NCBI GenBank assembly: GCA_964437505.1
Contig: CAYTGU010000006.1
Location: 5,400-69,399 of the forward strand
Direction: 5' to 3'
Source of the DNA: an uncultured bacterium
Lineage (GTDB): Bacteria; JAHJDO01
DNA length: 64,000 nt
The position numbers were made by a program, and so were the translations under genes. Of this stretch, positions 56,291-64,000 are shown in pieces (the first letter of the stretch is position 1; every line of letters starts with the position of its first letter). The notes under the pieces are model-generated. The model was not told where the DNA came from, ran no database searches, and saw nothing but the letters and a program-made list of their open reading frames with translations.

Positions 56291-58119
56291 TGGAACAGAG
56301 AACAGAGAACAGATCACAGATCACAAGTCTTAAATTAAGGGCTAATTTGCTTTTTGTTTTTTTGTCTGTCGTCTATTGTCTATCGTCTGTTATCTGCTTT
56401 GCAAAGGATATAAGATTTGAAGCTTCTGTTGACAGAAACAAGGTTTCTTTGGGCAGCGCTATCACTCTCAATCTTACTTTTTACGGCACTCGGGGTATGT
56501 CTGCGCCAAAACTTCCTAAAATAGATGGATTTCAATCCCGATATAAAGGACCTTCAACAAGAATGTCGATGGTCAACGGAAAGGTTTCCAGTTCGATAAC
56601 ACATATATATACGCTTATTCCTATGCGTGTCGGAAAATTCAGAATTGGTCCTTTATCGTTCAAATATAAGAAAAAGTCTTATACTTCGAAAGAGATAACT
56701 ATTGAGGTTGTAGAGAGCGATGTTAATGAGCCTGAGGGGACGCAGTCCCTTTCCAGAAAAGCATCTTTGGGCGATAATGTTTTTTTAAAGATGTATGTTC
56801 CGAAGCAGGATGTATATTTAAACCAGATTGTTCCCTTAACCATAAAACTGTATGTCACGAGACTTACACTAAGAGATATAGAATATCCGGTATTTTCGCA
56901 TAACGGCTTCTCAGTAGACAAGTTTGCCAAGCCGGCGCAATACAGGGAAATTTTAAACGGCAAGGAATATGAGGTAATAGAATTCAAAACAAATATTTTC
57001 GGGATAAGGACAGCTAAACTGGCGTTAGGACCTGCGCAGCTTAAATGCAATCTACTTGTTAATCGGAGAAGACAGAGAAACTATTCTATGTTTGATAGCT
57101 TTTTTGGAGAGAGAGAGATTTATCCTCTGAGTTTAAAGTCTAAGGAGATCCAAATAACGGTCAATGATCTTCCTGAAGAGGGGAAGCCTGAAGGTTTCAG
57201 CGGAGCTGTTGGAGACTTTACGTTTGATTTAAAAGCTGAGCCAAAAGAAGTTAATGTCGGGGATCCGATCACACTGAAGATGGTTATAAAAGGCAGAGGC
57301 AATTTCGCGACAGTAACCTGCCCAAAACTTGACTCTAACCAGCACTTCAAGATTTATGATCCTGAAGTAAAACAAGAAGATGGAGTAAAAACATTTGAGC
57401 AGATATTAATGCCTGATACAGATACTGTAAAAGAAATCCCCGAAATTACATTCAGCTGTTTTGACACAGAAAGAAAGGCTTACCGCACAATATCAAAAGG
57501 GCCTGTTCCAATAAAAGTAACAAAATCTAAGAAGGAAGATGGGTTAAGAATAGTAGAGTCTTCTCAAACTGCTCTGAGGTATGTTAAAAGGGAAACATTA
57601 GGCAGAGATATTGTATATATTAAGGATGAACCTGGTAAACTGATAAGAAAACAGACGTATCTTTACAAAAACAGGACGTTTTTGGCCGTTCAGATACTGC
57701 CGTTTATTATATTTATATTGCTGTCTGTTATTCACAAACGAACTGAAAAATTGAGAACAGATCTGCGATATGCTCGGAATTTGCGCGCATACAAAAAGGC
57801 GAAACGCGGAATTAAGAAAGCAAAGCATCTTCTTAGCAGTGAAAAGACACAGGAATTTTATGATTGCATATTAAAAACATTAAAGGAATATCTGGGGAAT
57901 AAACTGCATATTACCCATGGTGGAATAACCTCGGATATTGTTGACGGAGTTTTAAGACATAAAGCAATAAATAAAGAGGTATTAAAAACTTTGGATGATA
58001 TTTTTAAGGAGTGCGATATTACAAGATACGCTCTTTTGGAACGCAGCAGTAAAGAAACGAATAGCCTCTTTTGGAAAGTCAAAAAAGTTATTAAGCTTCT
58101 GGAGAAAGAAAGACTATGA
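56287..58119 (+). CDS. batD: BatD family protein
   Basis: ASVDR..V.LG, S.VNG, P.F.GAVG.F, .G.GN, F..YDP; position in the Bat operon. Confidence 0.85.
   Translation: MMEQRTENRSQITSLKLRANLLFVFLSVVYCLSSVICFAKDIRFEASVDRNKVSLGSAITLNLTFYGTRGMSAPKLPKIDGFQSRYKGPSTRMSMVNGKVSSSITHIYTLIPMRVGKFRIGPLSFKYKKKSYTSKEITIEVVESDVNEPEGTQSLSRKASLGDNVFLKMYVPKQDVYLNQIVPLTIKLYVTRLTLRDIEYPVFSHNGFSVDKFAKPAQYREILNGKEYEVIEFKTNIFGIRTAKLALGPAQLKCNLLVNRRRQRNYSMFDSFFGEREIYPLSLKSKEIQITVNDLPEEGKPEGFSGAVGDFTFDLKAEPKEVNVGDPITLKMVIKGRGNFATVTCPKLDSNQHFKIYDPEVKQEDGVKTFEQILMPDTDTVKEIPEITFSCFDTERKAYRTISKGPVPIKVTKSKKEDGLRIVESSQTALRYVKRETLGRDIVYIKDEPGKLIRKQTYLYKNRTFLAVQILPFIIFILLSVIHKRTEKLRTDLRYARNLRAYKKAKRGIKKAKHLLSSEKTQEFYDCILKTLKEYLGNKLHITHGGITSDIVDGVLRHKAINKEVLKTLDDIFKECDITRYALLERSSKETNSLFWKVKKVIKLLEKERL
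56293..56396. repeat. Heptamer inverted-repeat pair inside the BatD signal peptide
   Basis: GAACAGA x3, TCACAGA, TCACAAG ... TCTGTCG TCTATTG TCTATCG TCTGTTA TCTG; the right arm's reverse complement contains GACGACAGA as in the pilin leaders. Confidence 0.75.
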
Positions 58120-58910
58120 TACTCCTAAAGTGTAACAAACTATTGTATGTCCCGCTTTTTATTATCGGAATTTTTTATACGTCTTGCTCAATTCTGTCAG
58201 CAGAACAGAAAAACTCTCATAGCGAAAAATACATATTCTATAACGCAAATAATTTTTATAAACAAGTTGAATACGCTAAAGCTATTGAACAATATGAACA
58301 AATACTTGGAAGAGGAGCTGAAAGCGGTAATTTGTATTATAATCTGGCAAATTCTTATCTAAAAGAAGGCGCTTTAGGTAAGGCTATTTTGAATTATGAA
58401 AGAGCGAGAAAACTAATCCCCAGAGATAAGGATTTGGAGTCTAATTACCAGTATGCCAGCTCATTAATGACTAACAGTATCGCAGAACCCAAAATACCAT
58501 GGTTTATAAAACTGGCTGATAAATTTTACGGACAATTTACTCTTAATGAAATAACTGTTCTTCTGAGTATAATCTGCGCGCTTATTTTTTTGATTCTGGC
58601 TATGAGAATTTTTTTCAGGGCTGACGGACTTAGAAAGTATTCACTGTTCTCGGTGTTTATTCTCATATTGTTTTTCATTGCAGGTTCTTTTTCGTTTCAC
58701 GAAAGAGTATATTCTCTTGGCAAGGAAGCAATTGTTGTGGTAAAAAAGACAGAGACTAAATTTAGCCCATTTGACAGAGCAACTACACACTTTACTCTTT
58801 ATGAAGGAGCAAAGGTTTATGTTCTTCTGACAGAGGATGACTGGAACAAAATAAAACGTGCCGATAAAAAGATTGGATGGGTTAAGAAAACAAGTTTGGA
58901 GGTAATATAA
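58116..58910 (+). CDS. batE: TPR/SH3 protein BatE
   Basis: YYNLAN.Y...G.LG.AILNYERA..L.P.D; TM segments; C-terminal SH3-like LYEG.KV...W.KI..GWV. Confidence 0.85.
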   Translation: MILLKCNKLLYVPLFIIGIFYTSCSILSAEQKNSHSEKYIFYNANNFYKQVEYAKAIEQYEQILGRGAESGNLYYNLANSYLKEGALGKAILNYERARKLIPRDKDLESNYQYASSLMTNSIAEPKIPWFIKLADKFYGQFTLNEITVLLSIICALIFLILAMRIFFRADGLRKYSLFSVFILILFFIAGSFSFHERVYSLGKEAIVVVKKTETKFSPFDRATTHFTLYEGAKVYVLLTEDDWNKIKRADKKIGWVKKTSLEVI

Positions 58911-58914
58911 ATAG

Positions 58915-59193
58915 ATGCAAAAAGCACGGTTGCATGTATGTTTTTCAGGGATGGTTCAGGGAGTAGGATTCAGGTTTACTGTAAGAAGAATTGCCGGGCA
59001 GTATGAAGTTACAGGTTTTGTTAAAAATCTTTTAAACGGAGATGTAGAGGTGGCGGCAGAAGGCGATAGGGAAGTCGTTGAAAGCTTTATTGATGCTATA
59101 TGTAATAGTTCTCTTTGCGATTATATGAGAAATATAGAAAGAGAATGGGAGCCTGCTACAGAAGAATATAATGGGTTTGAAATTAGATTTTAA
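58915..59193 (+). CDS. acyP: Acylphosphatase
   Basis: G.VQGVGFR, GFVKNL.NGDVEV.AEG, F.IR. Confidence 0.92.
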   Translation: MQKARLHVCFSGMVQGVGFRFTVRRIAGQYEVTGFVKNLLNGDVEVAAEGDREVVESFIDAICNSSLCDYMRNIEREWEPATEEYNGFEIRF

Positions 59194-59204
59194 AGAGGAT
59201 TTAG

Positions 59205-59786
59205 GTGACTGATAATATATATTCACATAGAGCTGTGTTTTTAGATAGAGATGGAACAGTTAATACAGAGGTTGATTATCTAAACAGCATAAAAGATTTG
59301 AGGCTCATCAGGAACACTGCAAAGGCTATTCGATTTTTAAATCAGAATAAGATTAAAGTTATTATTGTTACCAATCAGTCAGGTATTAGCCGGGGTCTGT
59401 TCTCCATAGACGATTTAGATAATATGCATAATGAATTAAAGAGGAGACTGCGCAGGAAGGGCGCTTATATAGACGCAATATATTATTGCCCGCATCATCC
59501 TGATGATGAATGCTCTTGTAGAAAACCTAAGAAAGGAATGTTTAAACTGGCTGCAAAGGATTTTGATTTAAAACTCAATAAATGTTACATTATAGGAGAT
59601 AAATTAACAGATATTAAAGCTGCCCATAATATATTTGCAAAGGGCATACTGGTAAAAACAGGTTATGGAGGAACAGAAGTGAACAGGATAGAAAAAGAGG
59701 GTATTACCCCTGAACATATTGCAGATGATCTGTATGATGCAGTAAAATGGATAATAAAGAATATAAGCAGAGGGAAAAATGAGTGA
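59205..59786 (+). CDS. gmhB: D-glycero-D-manno-heptose 1,7-bisphosphate phosphatase
   Basis: FLDRDGT, TNQSG, CPHHP...C.CRKP, IGDK..D; next to heptose kinase and transferase. Confidence 0.88.
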   Translation: MTDNIYSHRAVFLDRDGTVNTEVDYLNSIKDLRLIRNTAKAIRFLNQNKIKVIIVTNQSGISRGLFSIDDLDNMHNELKRRLRRKGAYIDAIYYCPHHPDDECSCRKPKKGMFKLAAKDFDLKLNKCYIIGDKLTDIKAAHNIFAKGILVKTGYGGTEVNRIEKEGITPEHIADDLYDAVKWIIKNISRGKNE

Positions 59787-60771
59787 TTTAGCTGGTATTG
59801 CTAAAGATTTAAGCGGTAAAAAAGTACTTAGCATTGGAGATATGATATGTGATGAGTATATATACGGGGAAGTTTCACGCATATCAAGGGAAGCTCCTGT
59901 GTTGATTTTAAAATTTGATTCAAACATATTCAGGGTCGGAGGAGCAGCAAATGCGATATCCAACCTAAAAGCATTAGGTGCAAGAGTCTATCCCGTTGGT
60001 GTGGTAGGCAAAGATAATGCTGGGGACGAGGTTATTTCCTTTCTCGGGAAAATGAGGGTGGATGTAGACGGGATTATTGTTGATAAAGACTGTTCAACAA
60101 TTACAAAAACGCGGATTATGGCAGGTAGTTACCATACAGCAAAGCAGCAGGTTATACGAGTAGATAAAGAAAAGAACTTTCGCATAAATTCAATTAGTGA
60201 AACAAAGATGCTTACTTATCTTGATGAAGTGCTGGATACCATGGACGCTGTGCTTATTTCAGATTACGGATACGGGACTGTTTCAAAAGCTGTGTATTCT
60301 GCAATATCTAAATATGCAAGAGAGAAGAAACTTGTTCTGGTTGTTGATTCTAGGTATGGGTTGCTTAACTATAAGAATGCAACAGCAGTGACCCCGAATG
60401 AGACAGAAGTTGAAGATATTTTTCATTGCAGTATTAATGGAGAAAAATCCCTGTGCAGCATAGCAGAGAGGCTTAAGTCTGAGATAAAGTGCGAGAATGC
60501 TATCATAACGCGAGGTAGTAAAGGTATGATGTTATTGGATAAACGTAATAAAAGCACATTTATACCAATACATGGAACTACAGACGTGGTTGATGTTACC
60601 GGGGCAGGGGATACGGTTTCTGCTGTAGTAACTCTGGCTCTTTCAGCAGGAGCAAGCGCAGTTGAGGCTGCAAGACTGGCAAATTATGCCGGCAGTATTG
60701 TCGTTATGAAAACAGGCGCAGCTACAGCCACACAAAAAGAGTTGGTGGATGTTGTAATAAAAAAGTCATGA
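59779..60771 (+). CDS. Heptose-7-phosphate kinase (HldE/RfaE domain I, PfkB family)
   Basis: GD...DEY..G.V.RISREAPV, GGAANA, SDYG.G, TPN..E, DVTGAGDT. Confidence 0.9.
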   Translation: MSDLAGIAKDLSGKKVLSIGDMICDEYIYGEVSRISREAPVLILKFDSNIFRVGGAANAISNLKALGARVYPVGVVGKDNAGDEVISFLGKMRVDVDGIIVDKDCSTITKTRIMAGSYHTAKQQVIRVDKEKNFRINSISETKMLTYLDEVLDTMDAVLISDYGYGTVSKAVYSAISKYAREKKLVLVVDSRYGLLNYKNATAVTPNETEVEDIFHCSINGEKSLCSIAERLKSEIKCENAIITRGSKGMMLLDKRNKSTFIPIHGTTDVVDVTGAGDTVSAVVTLALSAGASAVEAARLANYAGSIVVMKTGAATATQKELVDVVIKKS

Positions 60772-61238
60772 AAGTTTGCGAACTAGCTAAACTCCCCAAT
60801 CTGATAGAAAAACTTAAAAAAGATAAAAAAAAAATAGTTTTTGCAAACGGCTGCTTTGACGTTCTTCACGTAGGTCATATCAGATATCTTGAAGGAGCAA
60901 AATCTTTAGGAGATATACTAATTGTGGGTATAAATAGTGATAAATCTGAATTGCAATTAAAAGGGACCGGAAGACCTGTTATGCCTGGGGAAGACAGAAT
61001 AGAGATTGTAGCAGCTTTAGAGTGCGTGAATTATGTAGTGCTTTTTTCAGATCCTACTGTAGAAAATTTGTTGAGAATTATAAAACCGGCAATACATGCA
61101 AAAGGAACAGATTATACAGCTGAGACTGTTCCGGAACGGGATATTGTTCTTTCCTATGGGGGTCAGGTTGCAATAACCGGAGATAGAAAAGATCATTCAA
61201 CAACCGATATAATATCAAAAATTCAACAACAGTTTTGA
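60768..61238 (+). CDS. Heptose-1-phosphate adenylyltransferase (HldE/RfaE domain II)
   Basis: NGCFD.LHVGH.RYL..AK.LGD.L.VG.NSD.S, KG.DY, STT.II. Confidence 0.9.
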   Translation: MKVCELAKLPNLIEKLKKDKKKIVFANGCFDVLHVGHIRYLEGAKSLGDILIVGINSDKSELQLKGTGRPVMPGEDRIEIVAALECVNYVVLFSDPTVENLLRIIKPAIHAKGTDYTAETVPERDIVLSYGGQVAITGDRKDHSTTDIISKIQQQF

Positions 61239-61245
61239 CTATGAA

Positions 61246-62175
61246 ATGAATTCCTCCATTATAGTCCTTGTAGGACCTACGGGTATAGGTAAAAGTAAAG
61301 TTGCCATAACGCTTTCTACTTTCTTGCCTTCAGAAATTGTATCAGCCGATTCGATGCAGATATATAAATACATGAATATCGGAACGGCAAAACCGTCAAG
61401 AGAAGAGAGACGAGCAGTTACACATCACATGATAGATATTGTTTATCCTGATCAATATTTCAGTGCAGGGGAATATGCGAAAATTGCGAGAGATAAAATA
61501 AATAGAATTATTGAATCAGGCAAAACTCCAATACTTGTCGGAGGATCGGGTTTATATATAAGAGCTGTAATTGACGGTCTTTTCTCTGAACCTGTGGTCA
61601 AAGAAACTATTAAAAAAAAAGTAAGAACTCAGCTGGCTAATAATGGTTCTCATTATCTGCATGTAGAACTTAAAAAAGTTGATCCTGTGTCTGCATCGAG
61701 GATTCATCCGAATGACTGGAGAAGAATAATCAGAGCTCTGGAAGTTTTTCTCTCAACAGGAGAGACTATTTCAAGTCTTCAGAGTAAAGCTAAGACAGAC
61801 TCTATAGATTGCCAATATTGTACAATAGGTCTTAAGACGGAACGTAAGAATCTTTATAGGAGGATTGAGAGCAGAGTGGATTCAATGTTTGAAAGAGGGC
61901 TTATGAGAGAGGTTAGGAATCTTATAAAAAGAGGATATAGCCAAGATCTTTTGCCTATGCAGAGTTTGGGATATAGAGAAGTTTTGGGATATATAAATAG
62001 ACATTATAGTCTTGATGAAGCAAAAGCACTCATCAAGCGGAATACTCGCCATTTTGCGAAAAGACAGATGACCTGGTTCAACAGGGATCCCAGAACTGAG
62101 TGGATAGAAACAAGTAATGTAGATAAAGAAGTTGATTTAATTTGTCATAAAATTCTCAAACTAGCAGGATTATGA
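61246..62175 (+). CDS. miaA: tRNA dimethylallyltransferase
   Basis: GPTGIGKS, SADSMQIY..M.IGTAKP, VGGSGLYI, TR.FAKRQ.TWF. Confidence 0.96.
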   Translation: MNSSIIVLVGPTGIGKSKVAITLSTFLPSEIVSADSMQIYKYMNIGTAKPSREERRAVTHHMIDIVYPDQYFSAGEYAKIARDKINRIIESGKTPILVGGSGLYIRAVIDGLFSEPVVKETIKKKVRTQLANNGSHYLHVELKKVDPVSASRIHPNDWRRIIRALEVFLSTGETISSLQSKAKTDSIDCQYCTIGLKTERKNLYRRIESRVDSMFERGLMREVRNLIKRGYSQDLLPMQSLGYREVLGYINRHYSLDEAKALIKRNTRHFAKRQMTWFNRDPRTEWIETSNVDKEVDLICHKILKLAGL

Positions 62176-62180
62176 GAAAT

Positions 62181-62209
62181 TTGACACAGCACATAAAATT
62201 TAATATCAT
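62181..62209 (+). promoter_or_regulatory. sigma70 promoter for the aromatic-pathway operon
   Basis: TTGACA-17 bp-TATCAT. Confidence 0.7.
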
Positions 62210-62260
62210 ACCACTGATTTAGTAGTTTAATTATGGAGTCTGTATAAAGGAGACTGCAAT

Positions 62261-63061
62261 ATGTCCAGATTAGGAAAGAGTATACGTTTAGAGAGGATAA
62301 TTAACAGGAATACTGGAAGAACTGTTATTGTGCCAATGGATCATGGTGTAACCGTAGGACCGATCAAGGGAATTGAAAACATGAGAGATATGGTAAATGA
62401 CATTTCTGAAGGCGGTGCAAATGCAGTTTTAGGACATGTTGGTCTTCCCAAACATGGTCATAGACAACAGGGTAAAGATATAGGATTAATTCTACATCTT
62501 TCCGGTAGTACTGTGTGGAGTCCTGATCCAAATGCAAAGGTGCTGGTGAACACAGTTGAAAATGCTTTAAAAATGGGTGCGGATGGAGTGTCTGTACATA
62601 TAAATATTGGTGCTGAGAATGAGGCAGAGATGCTAAGGGATCTTGGTAGTGTCAGTGTTGCATGTATGAACTGGGGTGTGCCTCTTCTTGCAATGATGTA
62701 TACGCGCGGTAAAAAGATCAAGAGTGAGTCGGATGTTGAAGGAGTTAAACATGCGGCAAGAATCGCTGCAGAATTAGGAGCAGATATTGTTAAGGTTACA
62801 TATACTGGTTCAAAGAAAACTTTTTCCGAGGTTGTTGGAGGATGTCCGATACCGGTAGTTATTGCAGGCGGAGAAAAGGCGTCTAATGACAGTGAAGTAC
62901 TTGAAAATGTTAAAAACTCATTGGAAGCGGGTGGAGCAGGGGTTTCTATTGGAAGAAATGCGTTTCAGCATAGACATCCCAAAAAAATGGTTGAAGCAAT
63001 ATGTAAAATTGTGCATGAAGATGTCTCTGTTAAAGAAGCGTTAGTAATTCTCAATTCTTAA
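62261..63061 (+). CDS. 2-amino-3,7-dideoxy-D-threo-hept-6-ulosonate synthase (MJ0400-type DhnA aldolase)
   Basis: IVPMDHG, AMMYTRG, GADIVK (Schiff-base Lys), VIAGG, GRN.FQ; assignment rests on the adjacent DHQ synthase II. Confidence 0.85.
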   Translation: MSRLGKSIRLERIINRNTGRTVIVPMDHGVTVGPIKGIENMRDMVNDISEGGANAVLGHVGLPKHGHRQQGKDIGLILHLSGSTVWSPDPNAKVLVNTVENALKMGADGVSVHINIGAENEAEMLRDLGSVSVACMNWGVPLLAMMYTRGKKIKSESDVEGVKHAARIAAELGADIVKVTYTGSKKTFSEVVGGCPIPVVIAGGEKASNDSEVLENVKNSLEAGGAGVSIGRNAFQHRHPKKMVEAICKIVHEDVSVKEALVILNS

Positions 63062-63076
63062 TTAAAGGAATAAATA

Positions 63077-64000
63077 ATGAAACAAGTTTGGGTAGATGCA
63101 AGACCATGGAATAAAGAGATTGTTATTGCAGCTTTGGAATGCGGAGCAGACCTTGTTGTTGTTGATAAAGGATTTTCCGGAAAAGTAAAGGAACTGGGTA
63201 AAATACAAACTGTTTCCGAGGATGGAGACCTGCGAATAGGCAAGGATGTTGTGCAAATAGAAATTAAGAGAAAAGAGGATGAAATCAAAGCAGCAACGAT
63301 ACATAATAAATGGATAGTCATTAAGACGCATGATTGGAAGATTATTCCTCTGGAAAATCTTATTGCCCAAACAAAAGGGTTGATAGCAGAAGTTAAGAAT
63401 TTACAAGAAGCAGAAGCAGCCTTAAATACCCTTGAGAAAGGAGTAGATGGTGTTTTATTGGATATAAGGAAACCTGCTGAATTGAGAAAAGTGATTAAGC
63501 AGCTAAAAATAGAAAGCGTCCTTCTGTCTCTTAAGGCAATAAAGATCAAGTCTGTAAAGTCATTAGGCGTTGGAGATAGGGTTTGTGTAGATACATGTAC
63601 CAATATGACTATTGGGGAAGGAATGCTGGTTGGCAATACAAGCTCAGGCATGTTTCTCGTGCATTCAGAGTCAATAGAAAATCCGTATGTTGATCAAAGG
63701 CCTTTCCGTGTAAATGCAGGAGGAGTGCATGCATATGTAATGGTTACAGACGGAAAAACAAGATATCTTTCGGATCTTAAAGCAGGGGATAAGGCGTTAA
63801 CTGTAAACTGGGAAGGGAAGACACAAGAGGTGATTGTTGGCAGAATAAAGATTGAGAAAAGACCCATGCTTCTCGTAGAAGGAACCTGTGGCAAACAGAA
63901 GGTATCACTTGTCCTTCAAAACGCAGAAACGGTAAGATTAATGACTTCAAAAGGCAAACCAGTTTCTGTTGTCAGCTTGAAATCCGGAGATGAAGTGCTT
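63077..64000 (+). CDS. 3-dehydroquinate synthase II (MJ1249 type), runs off the window end
   Basis: Own translation: DWKIIPLENLIA, GDRVCVDTC, GEGMLVG..S.GMFLVHSE, RPFRVNAGGVHAY, KTRYLS.L..GD, KIEKRPM, LQNAET. Absent from the ORF track. Confidence 0.92.
   Translation, partial: MKQVWVDARPWNKEIVIAALECGADLVVVDKGFSGKVKELGKIQTVSEDGDLRIGKDVVQIEIKRKEDEIKAATIHNKWIVIKTHDWKIIPLENLIAQTKGLIAEVKNLQEAEAALNTLEKGVDGVLLDIRKPAELRKVIKQLKIESVLLSLKAIKIKSVKSLGVGDRVCVDTCTNMTIGEGMLVGNTSSGMFLVHSESIENPYVDQRPFRVNAGGVHAYVMVTDGKTRYLSDLKAGDKALTVNWEGKTQEVIVGRIKIEKRPMLLVEGTCGKQKVSLVLQNAETVRLMTSKGKPVSVVSLKSGDEVL

Noticed and set aside
62237-62255. Hairpin AGTCT/AGACT over the SD of ADH synthase
   Set aside because: A 5-bp stem is too weak, and there is no leader peptide or riboswitch evidence.
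63058-63894. Minus-strand ORFs 63058-63651, 63062-63370 and 63694-63894
   Set aside because: They are antisense to the DHQ synthase II frame, which has clear motifs.

Overview
Low-GC bacterial chromosome segment, almost entirely + strand, from a diderm LPS producer. The gene set (mcsA-mcsB-clpC-skp-lpxC/fabZ-lpxA-lpxI, DUF4159, Bat operon, pilB-pilT-pilB-pilC) suggests a PVC/Omnitrophota-like lineage; this is inference only. Mostly housekeeping: thyA-like, rpmE, prfA/prmC, frameshifted prfB, dapAB, folK, panBC, ilvE, trpS, pheA, rpsU, recO, glyQS, nagA, MoxR-Bat operon, ADP-heptose genes, miaA, the archaeal-type ADH synthase/DHQ synthase II pair, and three tRNAs (Leu-TAA, Cys-GCA, Ala-CGC). 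Accessory parts: a GH116 glycosidase between rpmE and prfA; a 14-kb type IV pilus/T2SS-like locus with a sigma54 promoter and PilR/PilS-like pair; a four-ORF island between recO and glyQ; and a probable RtcB remnant behind tRNA-Ala. The most unusual signal is a family of imperfect 7-nt-period repeat arms. Two inverted arms flank a four-helix-bundle (23S-IVP/bAvd-like) gene. Gene-less copies sit at other gene starts, four of them translated in frame as the leader peptides of three minor pilins and of BatD. All calls come from motif recognition by eye; no searches were run.
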